64,000 nucleotides of DNA from Eledone cirrhosa (taxonomy: Eukaryota). The notes beneath the pieces were generated by a model. It had not been told where the DNA came from. It did not search any database and saw only the letters and a list, made by a program, of their open reading frames with translations. The stretch covers positions 383,346,001-383,410,000 of the forward strand of contig OZ024740.1 of NCBI GenBank assembly GCA_964016885.1, written 5' to 3'. Numbering within the stretch: the first letter of the stretch is position 1; each line of letters begins with the position of its first letter. A program made the position numbers and the translations under genes. This document shows, piece after piece, positions 41,410 through 56,276 of this stretch.

Positions 41410-41851
41410 AACAAGGTTTAGCAAATAATGAAAAAGTTACAAAATAAATTTTAAAAAATTGACTTTACGTACTATAGTTACCTTTACCGATCGGTTTCGA
41501 ATCCCAAAAATAAACGGAGACCATACGGCCTTCGTTGCAAAGAAAGATTCTCGTCAGAAGGTTCTTTTCATTCGAAGAATATAAAATTCCTGAATTTAAA
41601 TTACGAACTAGCGCTATCAAAACTGTTCCTGAGATGAGAGTGGATGATGTAGAAACAGGTTTATCAAGGGCCGAAGCAAAGATAGAGGCAGAAGGAGGTA
41701 GATCAAACCAGCCCCAGCTATCACTAGCAGCAGTCGGAGCGACCCAATTTGTCTCAACAGTAGAGGAGCGTAGTAATAATAGGATATGAGTTCCTTCACG
41801 CACAAGGCGCTAAGGAACGCATGTATTGTCCAACCAAATGCCAGTGTGGTT

Positions 41852-41853
<2 letters not shown>
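41409..41853 (-). mobile_element. ~445-bp non-coding hammerhead-bearing unit between (TA)n tracts
   Basis: Bounded by (TA)n at 41343-41408 and 41854-41905. Contains the intact ribozyme 41480-41562; no inverted arm seen. Confidence 0.7.
41480..41562 (-). ncRNA. Canonical type I hammerhead ribozyme
   Basis: On -: acctt CTGACGA gaatctt...gggattc GAAA CC-GATC-GG TA aaggt. All core positions intact. Confidence 0.9.
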
Positions 41854-41908
<55 letters not shown>

Positions 41909-42003
41909 CACATATATGTGTGCCTGCGTGATTTTTGTGTGGAAGCCCCACTCTGGAATATTGTTGGAATGTGTTCTACGACAGTGTAGGTTCAAAGACG
42001 ATA

Positions 42004-42652
42004 TCTCTCTATATATAAAATTCGTTGTCGATCTGTCTGTCTGTATGTTTCCTATGCATTCTCAAACGGCTAGACCAAATCAAATCTAATTTTACAAGGT
42101 ATTAAACCTTCAGAATGTCAACATGTAATTTCCATTTGGATTAAAACAATATTAATCAACACAGCAACTACGACGTGACATTTTGTATAAGAATGTATAT
42201 GTCTCTGAGTGTGTGTGTGTGTGTTAGCACGTACGTTAGTACGTTATTAAATACACACACACATCTACACATTCTTATACATATGTGACAACTGACAAAA
42301 CATGAGGTGAAAAGCTATGAGTGTGTCTGCGTTAATGTATGTATGTGTGTGTATGTCTTAGTATATGTATGTGAGTGTATGTGAGAGCATATGTATGGGA
42401 GTGTGCAGCAACAATTTATTCTTTGGATACAACAAAAACTTACACACTGAATATTGTTTACCTTAGAGTGCTTCAAGATTGACAGATTTTCATTTCTAAA
42501 TTTTTTTATCATTACCATTTTGATATTTTAAAAATAAAATATAGATATTTTGAAATCATTATGAGAAGAAAAAAAACATATCTGCATATTCATTGTATAC
42601 TCATCTGAATAAGAACAGCAGTAACACGGGCAACGCCGGGTAATTCAGGTAG
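42004..42652 (+). mobile_element. Non-autonomous Helitron
   Basis: A|TCTCTCTATATATAAAA start followed by a ctgt repeat. End cacgggcaacgccgggtaattcagGTAG|T (CTAG mutated). Confidence 0.7.
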
Positions 42653-44851
42653 TATAAAATATATATGTGAATATCTACTGGCAACAACAGGCATATTAGG
42701 TACATTTATAAAGCTTATAATAAAGAGATAAAGGGCCACAAATACTGAAGCTACAATTGTAATTAAGCTCCAATTGTAATTAAGTTTATCATCATTGAAA
42801 ATCAATACAGCAAACATAAATACCACATTATGTTTATTGTCACCTTTAACCAGCCTCAAGTTCATTAGATGTAGTGAATATCTTGACTTGACAAATTCGA
42901 CATATCACTGTCCTCGGATAGGACATTGCTCTCCTTAATTCTATATAGCATATACCTCAATAGTAAACATATACTTCAATAATATCTTTTAGAACAAATG
43001 TTTGTTATATGGTTAACATTTTATTATTATTGCGTGCCTATTCAAATATTTCAGTTATTTCGCAACACGTGGAAACGCGTAACATTTGAGAATGTGTGAT
43101 TGTTTATTGTAATAATAGAAAACATGAATCTTTTCAAAGGCAGTTAGGAGAAAAAGTATGCCGGAAGCCACACCGGAATTCTGAGAGACCCATGGAAAAC
43201 ATATTAAAGATTGTTAGGGTTAATAATTTAATTCCTGATGTTAATAGAACATGTTTTGTAACTTGAAATTAGCTTCGATTATTTTCTCTATGAGTTATAT
43301 TCGAATCTCTTGTATGTAGTATGCTCTTTAGAAACATTAATATTCAAGCTGTTCTTTTCTACATTCTTCAAATCTAAAGCTTTATTTAATACATCTGCAC
43401 CAGTATTTGTTTAATAGGTTTTAACTAATAGAATCAAATGTATTTCTATTATGCCCGGCGAATTTAGACAAAGAAATTTATCAATAAAAGATATTGGCAT
43501 TTCAGAACAATGACCATTACGTAATGTGCTTCAAATTTAGTGATTCTAATGTAGACCAATCTTCTCTTAATGCAGCTTAAGCTTAAGTTAGTACCTCACC
43601 TACCATTATTACTTTAATTGTTCTGTTTTCTGCATTGTTAAGAGCTTTTATATGAATTCGAAATAATTATTTTGCTGAAATTCCATTTTGGCCTCATAAT
43701 TGTCACCAGGAATTGCAAGTTAAGTTATGAAATAACCGCTAAGGGTTCGGTTGATCTGCGTGAATTATCAAGTAAATTCACACAAATCTCATCTTATTCT
43801 CTTGAAAACCGGAAGGAGATATTAGACAATGTAATTTGTAATATACTGAAATTACGCAATGTTCTTGACTACAACGCCATTGATCATGAATTTACTCAGC
43901 TGCGCCTATGCATAATTTTGGATTATTTTCTTGATTCTATGAAGGTTCAGACATACAAGTCTTCCTATTAATTCACAAGATTTGATCGTGTCTATCGTCA
44001 CCACACTCAAATTTCGATTGCTTGAAAATTAACGTTATAGTGTTTGATTTTCATTTTATCTGGGTGTAATTCACGCTTCGAATCTGTAATGTTTTTAATA
44101 CTATGTTTATGAACCAGTGGATTACAGTTAACATTCATTAGCAGGTTGTTCTAAAACCAGAATATAAGCGTTGAATTTTCTGATCACTATTCTGTTGATG
44201 GAAACTGTTCGAAAATAGGTTTGCAGAAGTGATTTTGAAAATATATTATACTAAAACTTATATGATTTTGAAATCTATTGCAAACAATCATACGTTTTGA
44301 ATATTTATAAAGTTAGTGTTCTGCTACTATTTAGTATATAATTAGCATTTCTTTCTAATCGCCATCGTAGTATAAATTGCTTTGAAAAGCGATAAATATG
44401 CTTAAATATTATATGTATTGATTACGTTGTCTTTCGATAATTATACCTGTATCTGCTTTCATATCAATTATATCTAGCTCAGCCTTTCTGTCTCCTTCAA
44501 GCGGTTCATATAGTCACAGAGTAACACAAATATTGTTACATCTTTAATTGCCATTCCCTGGCAATCAATATATGTTTTTGTTCTATCCTAATTGGTATTG
44601 CATTAAACTACTAGCATGCACTTATTTCTATGGTTATAATTACTTACTTAGGAAGATATAAATGTATTTCCCAACTTACACGTATTACATATTTCGTAAT
44701 GCTTTAAACTATTTCTCGAAGAAGCCCTGATTGTTTAAAGATAGATTTAATTAGTCTAATTATACCAGGCAGTTTCAAGTGTTGATCAAATCCTCTATGT
44801 AGTCACCCATGTGCGCGCGCACACACCCAGTCACATATATATATATTTTTT

Positions 44852-44886
<35 letters not shown>

Positions 44887-44889
44887 CAT

Positions 44890-46330
44890 ATTTTCCTTAA
44901 TTTTCAGTTCTTTTTTGACCGGATACTTTCCCGGTAGCGAGGTTGTAATGAAAAGAAATGTTCATCGTATCTTACGTAAGCGTTCATCATTTGAACCGTA
45001 AGAATTATCTATGAATTTGTAAGGTTCCATGTATCGCACTAATTTTAGATTATGATTTAAAGAGCGACGTTCTTTTTCCACAAATCAGGTGGACTGGTTT
45101 ATAACTTGTAGCTCCAATAATAACGGTTATGAAGCTGAACGTGAATTTTGGATACTGTATCTGCAAACTACTTATTAATGGTCCATATATATCCCACCCT
45201 CTTGGACGTTTTCTTACCATATTAACATCAAGTGGACAGCTGAATTCTACAAAACACGATTTAATGTGTGATGTCCAATAAAATTACCAGGCCGGTTGTC
45301 TTTAATATTGTGGCAGGATTTAGTTAATAGTTAGAACATAAATATGTTCACGTAGTTGATATTTGGTTAGTATTATTTCAGGTCATCGACAAATAAAAAA
45401 TCGGAGATTCGACTGGATCCATTTCTGTGGCCGATCACTATGTCTTTTGAGCAGGTACGATATGAGGTAAATAAAAGGAGGAACTGCAGCGCTAACACGC
45501 TACCACCCTGAAAGCTGCCCTTGCGATAGTGAATACTATCAGATTGCTCCTCATCACACAGAAAAAGCAAAGTAATTTACCATGTCTTGACCAGGTGTTC
45601 GATAGCAGCTATTGATTGTGGGAAATTGGTTAACTAATTAATTGATACTCCTCCCATCTGGTATACTATTAAAAGCCTTCTGCTACTCCAGCCACACTGC
45701 AGTCAAGTCCCTGCGATTCTTTAGTGTTTTTTCTTGGATCATTTTCTTAATTAGTAGCTGCTCTGTACAGCGCCACACTTCATTCTTTCAACGGCTTGCT
45801 TTAGAGTTAGGGTTAGGTAATTGATTGCACAATTATCTTGCAAGAACAAATTAAGGAATCCAGTTCTTCTGTCAGGCAATTAGGCGGTATTTTATAGCAT
45901 GGGTGGTTTAACTATGTTGAGGAATGAGGAGAATAGACGCAGTTAATAAACATTGGAGCAGTTATTGTATGGCCTTGTTACTCTCCCCAAGCAACTGTAA
46001 GACCTATGAGATCGTGCCAATAAAAGGTTAAATTCTTCAACCATTCATCTGCTATAATATCTGGGCCTGGGGATTTCAACTTTGACTTTTTCTGTAGAGT
46101 TGTTTCCAGTATTGCGCCGTCTATTTAATATTGACTTTGCTTGACATACTGGGAGTAAGCCTACTCCAATTCGTTAAGCCATACAGCTTGTTCGTTGATT
46201 TTTACCATATATTTCCCATACAGATCTCCAGTAACTCTCAATCTTATATTCTGTCCGGCTCTCTTTTACAGGTATTGAGCTTTTCGCATTGGAGCTACGA
46301 TGGAATAACTTGGGATCTCTATCAAATAGC
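44890..46330 (-). mobile_element. Degenerate RLE-type (R4/Dong-like) LINE, internally deleted
   Basis: On -: RKGSFQGGSVLALQFLL and DFLFVDDLK (RT), ITVIIGATSY (RLE end). AT-rich sequence up to ~48600 may be its 5' part. Confidence 0.65.
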
Positions 46331-48657
46331 CCATTCCGCATTTGTCTATTATAAGATGCAGATGTATATAATATTTTTTTAACTATAGCTGTAAGTTATG
46401 GTATTAGCTTGTGTAGTTTGGAGTTTATATCCAAATAGCTTCTATTGTTTTTTAGGTCTTCCTGATGTCCTGTAAAATTATTTTCATCTACATTTAATAT
46501 CTACAACTATCTGTGACAATCTTTCGCAAGAACAAACTTTTATTTTCTATGTTATTTCCCCTATGCTGCTTCACGCCTTCTGCTTGTATCCTCGATTGCA
46601 TGGTTTCAGTGGGTTGCGATCCGTTAGCAATGGGATAGCTGTAACATATATTAAAAATTACGGTTTCTTATGCTGTTTTCATATGTCTTCACCGTGTTTC
46701 ATTCAGATAATTGTCTGCTATTTCATTTACTGCCGCTATTTCTAATTAACTGGGTTCTTTAGATATATATGTGTTGTATGGGCTGTCATTCAAACGGAGT
46801 TGAGAAACTGTTGAAACATATTACCCCAGACCTCTTTGTAAGGTTACCACAAGTATTCTTTTGTATTTCTGTTTGATCTAATATGCCTAACATATTCCTT
46901 CCTAATATTTTCCTTCTTATGTATTGTTATATTTCGTTGAGTTCATTAATTATTTAGTATTTGTGTTTTGTTTAATATTCGTAACATTGCAACAATATTT
47001 GACTACGATATATTAATGTTTATTTTCCTTGTCTTAAATTTGGCCTTGGTACGTAATCCGAATTCCTCTCTCATGGCAAGTACCCTACTAAATCCTTGCA
47101 CTATATATTTATAGAATTCGAGATCATTGATTGTCATTATGTAGCATCGTCCTGTGGTTTCCTATATCTAGTTGTATAAAAGAATCATAGTGGGAGATCC
47201 ATTGAAATATTTGTTTTCTAATAGGTACTGGATTCATGTTTATGATATGTTTTTGTTTGGATTTGTAAAAGGAATATATTTTTAATCAAGGCATCTTGAA
47301 TGTATATGTTTGTTACTGGTGCTACATTACACTGTTTTATCGAATATCAATTGATGTTATGCCTATGACATTTTCCGCATGTCTACAAATGCCAATGTAT
47401 CGATGATTAACAAGTCTTTACATCTAAATTAAACATGGTAACATCAGTTCTCTTTTTGTTTCTTTCTGGAAGTATATGTTATGCTCAGTTCAGACTACAA
47501 TTGTTAAAGTTATGTCTGCTGAAAGTAGTCATGAAATGGTTCAGCGGTTTTATACGTTTAAGGATTTTTAGAGATGAAGGATCAAGTTGTTCGTATCTTT
47601 TACTCCTCTAACACAATAATCCTATTTTGGAGGTACGTATAAATATTTTAAATAAGTCTTGTGTTCGTTTTGGTGATTTCCTTTTTCTGTTGTTTACGAC
47701 TTTGTTGCTTTATTTTCTGCAGATTCATTTTGTGTTTTAATTGTTCTTTACAATTAATCTGCTTTATGTATCCTCTCCAAAATTATTTTAACTTTATTCT
47801 TTGTAGTTCATTTCAAATTATTGATGAAATATATAGAATTTCGCGATGACTTACTATTTTTGTCGTTATTCGTGATGGTGTTACTATTTTTTTTTTCTCA
47901 CAAGTTGTGTCGCATTTCATTTAGTATTCAGCGGGGATCACCCTGACATGAACTATTGTTTTATATACTGGATAAGAGTTGTATGTGATAATTACGTACT
48001 ATACAATCTTTTCTTTCTGTATTCCTTTTGTTGTCGATCTCTTTAAAGATTAAGTTTTCTGTTCTACCATATTTCTATGAAAAAATACAAACAAACAAAT
48101 AATGATTTGCTTTGTTTCCTACTTTATTGTGCAAATAAACTAGCGGCTTTTTTATAGATAGTTTTATATTTTCCAGGAATATCGTGTTTTGTATTTGTTG
48201 CCAGTATGTCTACAATGGCTAAGTTGGTGTTTTCATTGCTGATGTTATTTTATCCTTATCTTTTATCTTTAGGTGGCTCTCACTCACGGTAGACTGTAGA
48301 TATATCTTACAGAAAGATTTAATATTTAACGCCTTCCACCGTTAGCTTGTGATATTCACAGTTCAAACTCCAGGATTATTTTACCTTTAGATATTTCTCA
48401 TAGTTATTCAGGTTCATAGTTACAATGGTGTAGTTGTGTATATGAGTAGGATGAGTTGTTTCATTTTTTGTTTTATTATTTAGTTTTCTTACACCTGGTC
48501 TATTTCAATGATATATGCTGTTATCAGTTATTGATATTTTACTTGTTTATTCTATATAAATCGTATATTTAGTAGCCCGTTTCTGGTAGATTCCAAAACG
48601 GCACAGGTTTTATGACTAAAAAACAAACAAACAAACAAATAAACAAATACATAAAGA

Positions 48658-48724
<67 letters not shown>

Positions 48725-48726
<2 letters not shown>

Positions 48727-49998
48727 GAACAAAAAAATGAAGGAATTGATAAGAACTGAATACCTTCGGAGAGTAAGGAGCGTATTAAAGTCACATCTGA
48801 ACAGTAGGAATGCCATAAGTGCAGTAAATTCCCGAGCTGTGTCTATTATTAGGTACAGTGCAGGAATTCTGAGATGGAATGTTGCTGAACAAAAAGAAAT
48901 GGATAGGAAGACTAGGAAGCTATTGACGATCTACAATATGTTCCACAAGAGGAGTGATGTCGATAGACTCTACTTAAGGAGATCTGAAGGTGGAAGAGGT
49001 CTTATCAGCATAGAGGACTGTGTTGAGATGGAGAAAAAACAACCTACACAAATACGTGACTAATAGTAAGGAGCCAATGCTCAGAACTGTACTGAAGGAG
49101 GGGACAATAGGCCAGGGGATGTCCAAGGAGGAAATAACATCAAGGAGAAAGAGCAGCCTTCAGGAAAAATCCCTTCATAGTACCTTCTTTGAGAAAACTG
49201 AATTCAGAGATCCACAGACATGGAACTGGTTGAAAAGAGGAGACCTTAAAAAGGCTACAGATGGAATGTTAATGGCTGCGAAGGAGCAGGCCCTCAAAAC
49301 GAAGTGGTTGAAACACCACATTTACAAGGAGGAGGCTAGCCCACTGTGCATGATCTGTGGAGAGAGAGAGGAGACTGTGGCTCACATTGTATCCGAGTGT
49401 AAACACCTAGCCCAGACTCACTATAAGGGCTTGAGACATGATGTGATGGGCAGGGTGATCCACTGGCACCTATGCAAAGTAAACAATTTACCACATTCTG
49501 AGAAGTGGTATGAGCATAAGCCAGAGGCAGTGATAGAAAACGATCAGGTGAAGGTGCTGTGGGATTTTAGGATACAGACGGACAAGAAACTGGAACACAA
49601 TAGACCTGACCTGGTGGTCGTTTTGGACAAAGAAAAGAGATCGTGCCTGATTGTGGATGTGGCCTGCCCATTCGACACGAGAGTGCAAGAGAAGGAGAGG
49701 GAGAAAATTAACCGATACCAGGACTTAAAGTGGGAGGTAAAAAGGATTTGGAACTGCCATGAAGTCAAAGTGATCCCGATTGTCATAGGCGCACTAGGGA
49801 CTATCTCAAACATTTTCCAGGGATGGTTAAAGAAAATTGACCCCTTCACGCTTTTCGGAACGCTTCAAAAGGCATGCTTGCTGGGAACAGCAAGTTCCCT
49901 CCGATACGTCCTGAATATCTGAGGCTGCAGGTAGTGGCTTGATATTCATTTCAACTAACTTTACAGTTAACTAACATCAATGACTGAGACTCAAAGAG
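48725..49998 (+). mobile_element. 5'-truncated Dong/R4-clade LINE inserted in (TAA)n
   Basis: (TAA)n at 48658-48724 and 49999-50054. ORFs 48737-49063 and 49020-49922 (frameshift in the A-run near 49035) give LYLRRSEGGRGL, CCHC finger CMIC..ETVAHIVSEC, RHD and the RPDLV..DVACP..KEREKINRY restriction-like endonuclease. Confidence 0.95.
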
Positions 49999-50005
49999 TA
50001 ATAAC

Positions 50006-50054
<49 letters not shown>

Positions 50055-50329
50055 GACTGCTTTTCACAGGTCTGGGTATTACTGCGGGTTATTTTGGAAT
50101 TCACATAAAGCGTAACATAATCTTAAATTAAGAATAATGGGTCGTTCTTCTCTCATTCATTAGACAAAACATTTTGACGATTATGTGCTGAGTTCAGAAA
50201 AGCCCTCACTACCTACTGTTCAGTTTTTCAAGTGGTTTTGCTATAAGCGTAGCAAAGATGGGATAATATATAATTTGCTTTTTTACGAGTTAACTGAAAC
50301 TGTTTGCTAATATCTAGAATGCACTTGAC

Positions 50330-51370
50330 TCATTTGTCCGATCGGTAAATGTAGCGGAAATTATATAAGAATGCAGCTTGGAATAAATAAATGTGCAATG
50401 CTAGTTCTGACGAGAAAGAATATAACATCTGATGTTATAGATCTAACAGATGACCCAATTATCAAAGCAATGACATATGGTGAAAGTTAAAAGAAAAACT
50501 TTCTATATGAGAGGCAGATAAAATACTCTCAAATGAGTAAAGAAAAGGAAACGGAATAATATTTTAGGAGAGTAAACAAACTATCAAATTATACATTTAA
50601 TGGAGGAAAATGTATCACAGCAAATAACAATTAACACTATCTCTGTTGAGGTACACTGTTTTATTTTTGAATTGATCAAGTGGATAATTTAAATAGATTG
50701 ATAGAAAGACAAGATGTTCAGCACACCTTTTCAAGGGTTAGTGTGGATGGATTATATCAACCAAAGAAAACGTGGGAAGAAGGATGGTTTCTACCATATC
50801 GATACAGGGCTATGTCGATATGGTAGAATTTAAACTGGACGAATATGCGGAGAAATGTTCCGAAATGCAAAAAAGGCTAACAAAGTGGGAGTTAAAAATG
50901 TAAAATCACCTTAATGAAGAAGAAACAGGAAAAAGAAAGAAATATTTTGGGACAAGATGTCCATGGACATTATTTCTGAGTCCCCAAGCAAACGGTATCA
51001 ACACGAAACAAATAGTGTTGTTGAAAATAACAGGTTCAGGGACGTCACAATTCAGACAGACCACGAACTACAGGCTACAATATTTGACATAAATATTTGA
51101 CATAATTATGTACAACTTTTGACATAGCCATACCTGCTGAAATGAGTGTTATCAAAGGGGAGCTGGAAATGATTTAAACGTACCAGTAACTTACTAGGAA
51201 GATAAGAAGATTGCTAAATGTCTCCAGAGCTGTAAACTCACTTGTTATTGGTTCAATAATGACTACTACCAACAGAATAGAAAGATGTCGGAAAGATATC
51301 AGCAAACCAACAATTGTATCCTTGATTCAAAAGTCTATCTTACACTTCTGAAAAATTATCGAGCTATACG
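50330..51370 (+). mobile_element. Old diverged R4/Dong-like LINE fragment
   Basis: DVTIQTDHELQAT and DIAIPAEMSVIKGELE..TYQ*LTRKIRRL..LVIGS parallel the RLE domain at 49550-49800. Confidence 0.55.
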
Positions 51371-51439
51371 GAAACTCAATTTGATCAAAATTTAAGGACA
51401 ACAATTCTAATTTATTTTTTGCGAAATCGTGATAACAGT

Positions 51440-51950
51440 GACTGCTTTCAACCCTTTCATAAGCGTCCACCAGACGATCGCTTTTGCCATAACCACCATA
51501 TACCTGCCCTTCCCTAAATGAAGATGGCGGGGTGCTCTTGACAATGGACTTAGTTTATAGTCTAATACATACTACATATGACAGCAGGTGCTCGACATAA
51601 ACACACAGCAATACACATCAATACTCGGACACTCGATGAGTGCTTGCAGAACGGTTACATCGCCATGCGCGCACCTCGGCCAGGCCCATCTAATGGCACT
51701 TCTATGCCTCTCGAACTGGCATAACTCCTCACTGGCATTACCAGCCCAGAGATTTCTGGCAGTTGCCCATGGGACTTGGAACAAAAGACCACTGGAAATA
51801 TGTGGCTAGTTGATTTTCCTCAACGCCCAGATTTTCCCCAAATGTATCGACGTTTTTGCGTTCCCACTAACCCTCTATAAAAGGCTAAGATCGAGTTTCC
51901 ACCGAACATGCTTCCCGATTGACTGCCGTCAGTGAGCGCTTGAAGACATT
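51440..51950 (-). mobile_element. L1/Tx1-like LINE ORF2 3' remnant
   Basis: PRCAHGDVTVLQALIECPSI resembles the CxxC..ETVxHxxxxC zinc finger downstream of L1/Tx1 RT. GC-richer than its flanks. Confidence 0.45.
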
Positions 51951-53495
51951 CCAGTAATAATCAAAATAATGTTTTTGATTGAGGCGCAAGGAGATGGGGC
52001 AGGTCGATTAAATCTACACCAGTGTGTTACTGGTGCTTTATTTGATTGATCCACATGTTTTTATATATATGATGGAACATTCGTGGCAATAAGGGTAGTT
52101 ACTTTTGCGGTGAAGTTTATACAATTGTGTGATTTATTGCCCGACTGAAAGCATTCAGAAAGAACTCTGCATTATATAAAGTGGTGTTTTTTTTTTATTT
52201 TATGTGTTTGTGAGTGAGGTTGCCCATAAATTTAGTGTGCGTAGTGTAAAATCCTCATATAAATTATTATAAGGTATTTATCCGGTTACCATTATGGATA
52301 AATGTATATTCAATGTCTTTTGTATTTTTATATTTTTTTTCCATTTGTTCTCGAGATATATTATTATCTCTTTATGTGAATATTACGATAAGGTGGCGTT
52401 TTAGCTGGTAGTCCTTGATAACTATATTCTTTCGAATATTTTTGTATCTGCATGTTGGTTTGAAATAAGTATATACTATAGTATTGTCACTTTGCCATTC
52501 TCTGACAGCTTTCTCTCGTACAGGTTTATGTTATCAGGTCTCAAATGTTATATCTTAATAGTAGCAAAGTTTCCACAGTATGAAAGTCAATTATGTCATT
52601 CTTAACAATGTAACATCTCTCGTTATCTCCCTGCCCCTCACACTGACTCTCTATCTCTCTCCCTCTCTTTAATTCTTATAAAGCTATAAAGCTGAAGACA
52701 TGAGATAATGAGGATAATTGCTCTTATTGATTTCACTATTTTATAAAACGACCAGTGTAGTGGGTTAGCTCACCGCGTTATGTTCTGAGGTTGAATACGT
52801 CTGGGATTAGCCTTGTTTTTACTATTGCAAGGGTGATCAAATAAAATAAGGAATCTATTTAATAGATGTTTCCCTCGATCTAAATGTTTAGTTTTATCCC
52901 TCAGTTAGAATGCTGTATTATATTGGATGATAGCTAGTACAATGATGCAAAACGAATCTCTGTCAATTATATATTTCATTTATTTTCTAACTTAAATATC
53001 TAAGTGCAAATCTCATTATACATGGTATAAATCAACCTTATGTTTTTATTAGATTATTATCATTATTGCCTTTGTTGCGTATTTTCTCTTTACACTTTTC
53101 TCACCATTATAACCATCGTTACTAAATGTCGATCTAACTAGTTTCTCTATGCCAGTATATTGTTTAAATTTTAAAATCAATGAAATATCTGTTTACTTTT
53201 TCATGGTGAATATGTCTGCAAAATTTATAGCAGGTGTGTTACTACAGGATAGTTTATTCTGTTGTTGAAATATTTCTTTCTTATCATCATCATTATAATC
53301 ATGATCATCATCATCATCATCAGCAGCAGCAGCAAAAACAAGAACAGTATTACCGTGATTGTTTTGATCTAAATAGAAGCTATTTTTTCTCTGTTTTCAG
53401 TTTCACTCTTGGAATAGTTAAGAAATGTGTCTTCCTACGATTGCGAGAAGTCTTTCTTTGGGTATTACAATATGTAGCTATATTACAATATGTAG

Positions 53496-54160
<665 letters not shown>

Positions 54161-54726
54161 TGTATATAGAGTACATAAACTACTCTTCCATTTAATTGTA
54201 TTTCCTTCAAATCGCTTATTTACGTTAGCAAGTTAAACACACTGTTATGAAGACCTACTCCAATTAGGAAACATTTTCTTCTTCACAAAATAGTCTTCAT
54301 TGTTCACACTCTTAGCTAACCATGCATAGTGCTGCGTACCCACCCTCCTTCTATCCGTGCACTCAACAATAGTCAGTCTCATTGAATTGATCTGAAAAGC
54401 TATTTTAACAGCTGAGTATTTGAAAATGCTTTCCATATGTCGATTGATCTGTTTTTATTTGCAAAATATATCATTTATATATATATATTACTTTAAAATT
54501 TTCATTACTTATTTTATTTTATATTGTTTTTATTATTATTATTATTGAATGCCATGGTTGACGGAGGCTCGGCTCTGTAAGGTATAGTAATTTTTAACCG
54601 CTATAACAATTGTAAATTGTTTAAAACTTTAACCAAATTGTAGACAAAAACATCCTCCTCCTGGTGAGAGGGGTCTTTCTGTCTGTTATTTGGCCCTTCG
54701 GAGTTAAATAACCACTTATTGAGGTT

Positions 54727-56132
54727 TTGTGCCCAATATTTATTTTAAACAAAAAAAAACATGGCTACAAAAAGAATTTTCACAAGTCACTCCCACTCAT
54801 TCCATCTTCTTCTTCTTCAATCGTCACTACATCAGAGAGAAGATTGTCTCTCTCCCTCCTTTCTCTTTCGCAAGCGACACCAGTAAAGAAAAATATAGTT
54901 TCTGATAGTTTCCAAGAGCACGTGCAAAACGTGGAACGTTTCTACACGACGACGACAACGACGAAAAATGTGTGCGGTAAATACGGAAAGCCATTTCATT
55001 CGTCTGACGTCATGAATAATAGCAGTAGGAGCAGTAATAACAGCAGCAGCAGCAAAAGTAACAAGGAATACAACAGTAGCAGCCGCAACAGCATCAGCAA
55101 CAACAAAAGTAACAGCAGCTCTGACGACAACAACAACAATAAAGGAAAACCAATCTCGTTTGCAGGTATCGCAAAGAACCTGGAAACCATCCTTATAACA
55201 AATGAGGAATTACAGGAAGCAAAGAAGATGGTGACGAAAACCAAACACCGAGCAATCTGCAAGGCAGCCGAAAAACTGTTCGAAACCCAACAGCACTGTA
55301 CGGTCAGGTACCGTACAGTAAGCACAAAATCCCGTAGGTTTGAAAGAGCCACAGAGACTCAAATACAAAAAGCTTTAGGGTCTCTGTGGCAGCGGAAAAC
55401 GCATATCACCCGGGGCAAGAAATATGCCACTGTGGACGTGCTTTTTGCCACATCCCAGGAGGCAAAGGCTCAATCCTTAGTGACCCCAACTGCGGACAAA
55501 AAAATTGTTAGAGTCAAACTGACCCCCACCCACCCCACCCCACGCCCCGGGTTGGCCGCGTCTGGCCTCGCCGGAATCGAGGACAAAACAACTGTACTGC
55601 AAGTACAGAAAAAGTACGAGAAGATTAGGTCGGCACCTCCATTGAGATGTTAATCCAAACAAACCAGGAGTGCATCGAAGCTATCCCGGATGTGATAGAC
55701 TTCGATAACGGCACTCAACTGCCCATAAGTGTTGAGGGCAAACGCCCGAAATGCTTTCGCTGTGGATCGAAGACTCATCTCAGGGCCTTCTGCAACGAGA
55801 AGACCCTGAGAAAGGAGAAAACCCCCCTCCTTCCGAAACCGGCTCCACGGCTACTAGCAACAGGACAAGCGGCAACCAGGAACGATAGGTCCGTGGCACC
55901 CATACCCACGCCACGGAAATCAAAAACAGCAGCAGCAGTGGAAATATTAACAACAACAACAGCAATACCAAATGCAGCTGCAACAGAGACTCCAGTTCAA
56001 ACATCACCAACATCAACAAGTGAAAGAGTCGAGCTGGTACCCCTCCCCGACCTCACAGAATCAGACATGGAGTGTGAGGTGGGAGAGGAATGGCAAAAGG
56101 TCATATATGACTCCAGTTCCTCAGTGAATTAA
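54727..56132 (+). mobile_element. Frameshifted L1/Tx1-like ORF1 (gag-like) remnant
   Basis: Overlapping ORFs 54727-55653 and 55647-56132 with a Ser/Asn low-complexity tract, SFAGIAK, the ISVEGKRPKCFRCGSKTHLRAFC (CX2CX4HX4C) knuckle and EEWQKV. No ORF2 follows. Confidence 0.7.
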
Positions 56133-56221
56133 CAACCCAACAAGGAACTGGGCATATCAGAGTATTGACAATATTATACACCTAAACAACATATGTACTT
56201 GTCTATACCATACTAATTCAA

Positions 56222-56276
56222 ACTGCCTGAAGAGGTCACAGCCAAAGATGGCTGTCACTGAAATATATATAGCAGT
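56222..56276 (+). ncRNA. Minimal type I hammerhead ribozyme
   Basis: actgc CTGAAGA(56227-56233) ggt.acagcca-aaga-tggctgt.act GAAA T-ATAT-A TA gcagt; ~50-nt tail, then (TA)n at 56325. Confidence 0.8.

Noticed and set aside
41465-41805. ORFs of 62-112 aa on both strands
   Set aside because: No recognisable domain; they overlap a ribozyme-bearing non-coding element.
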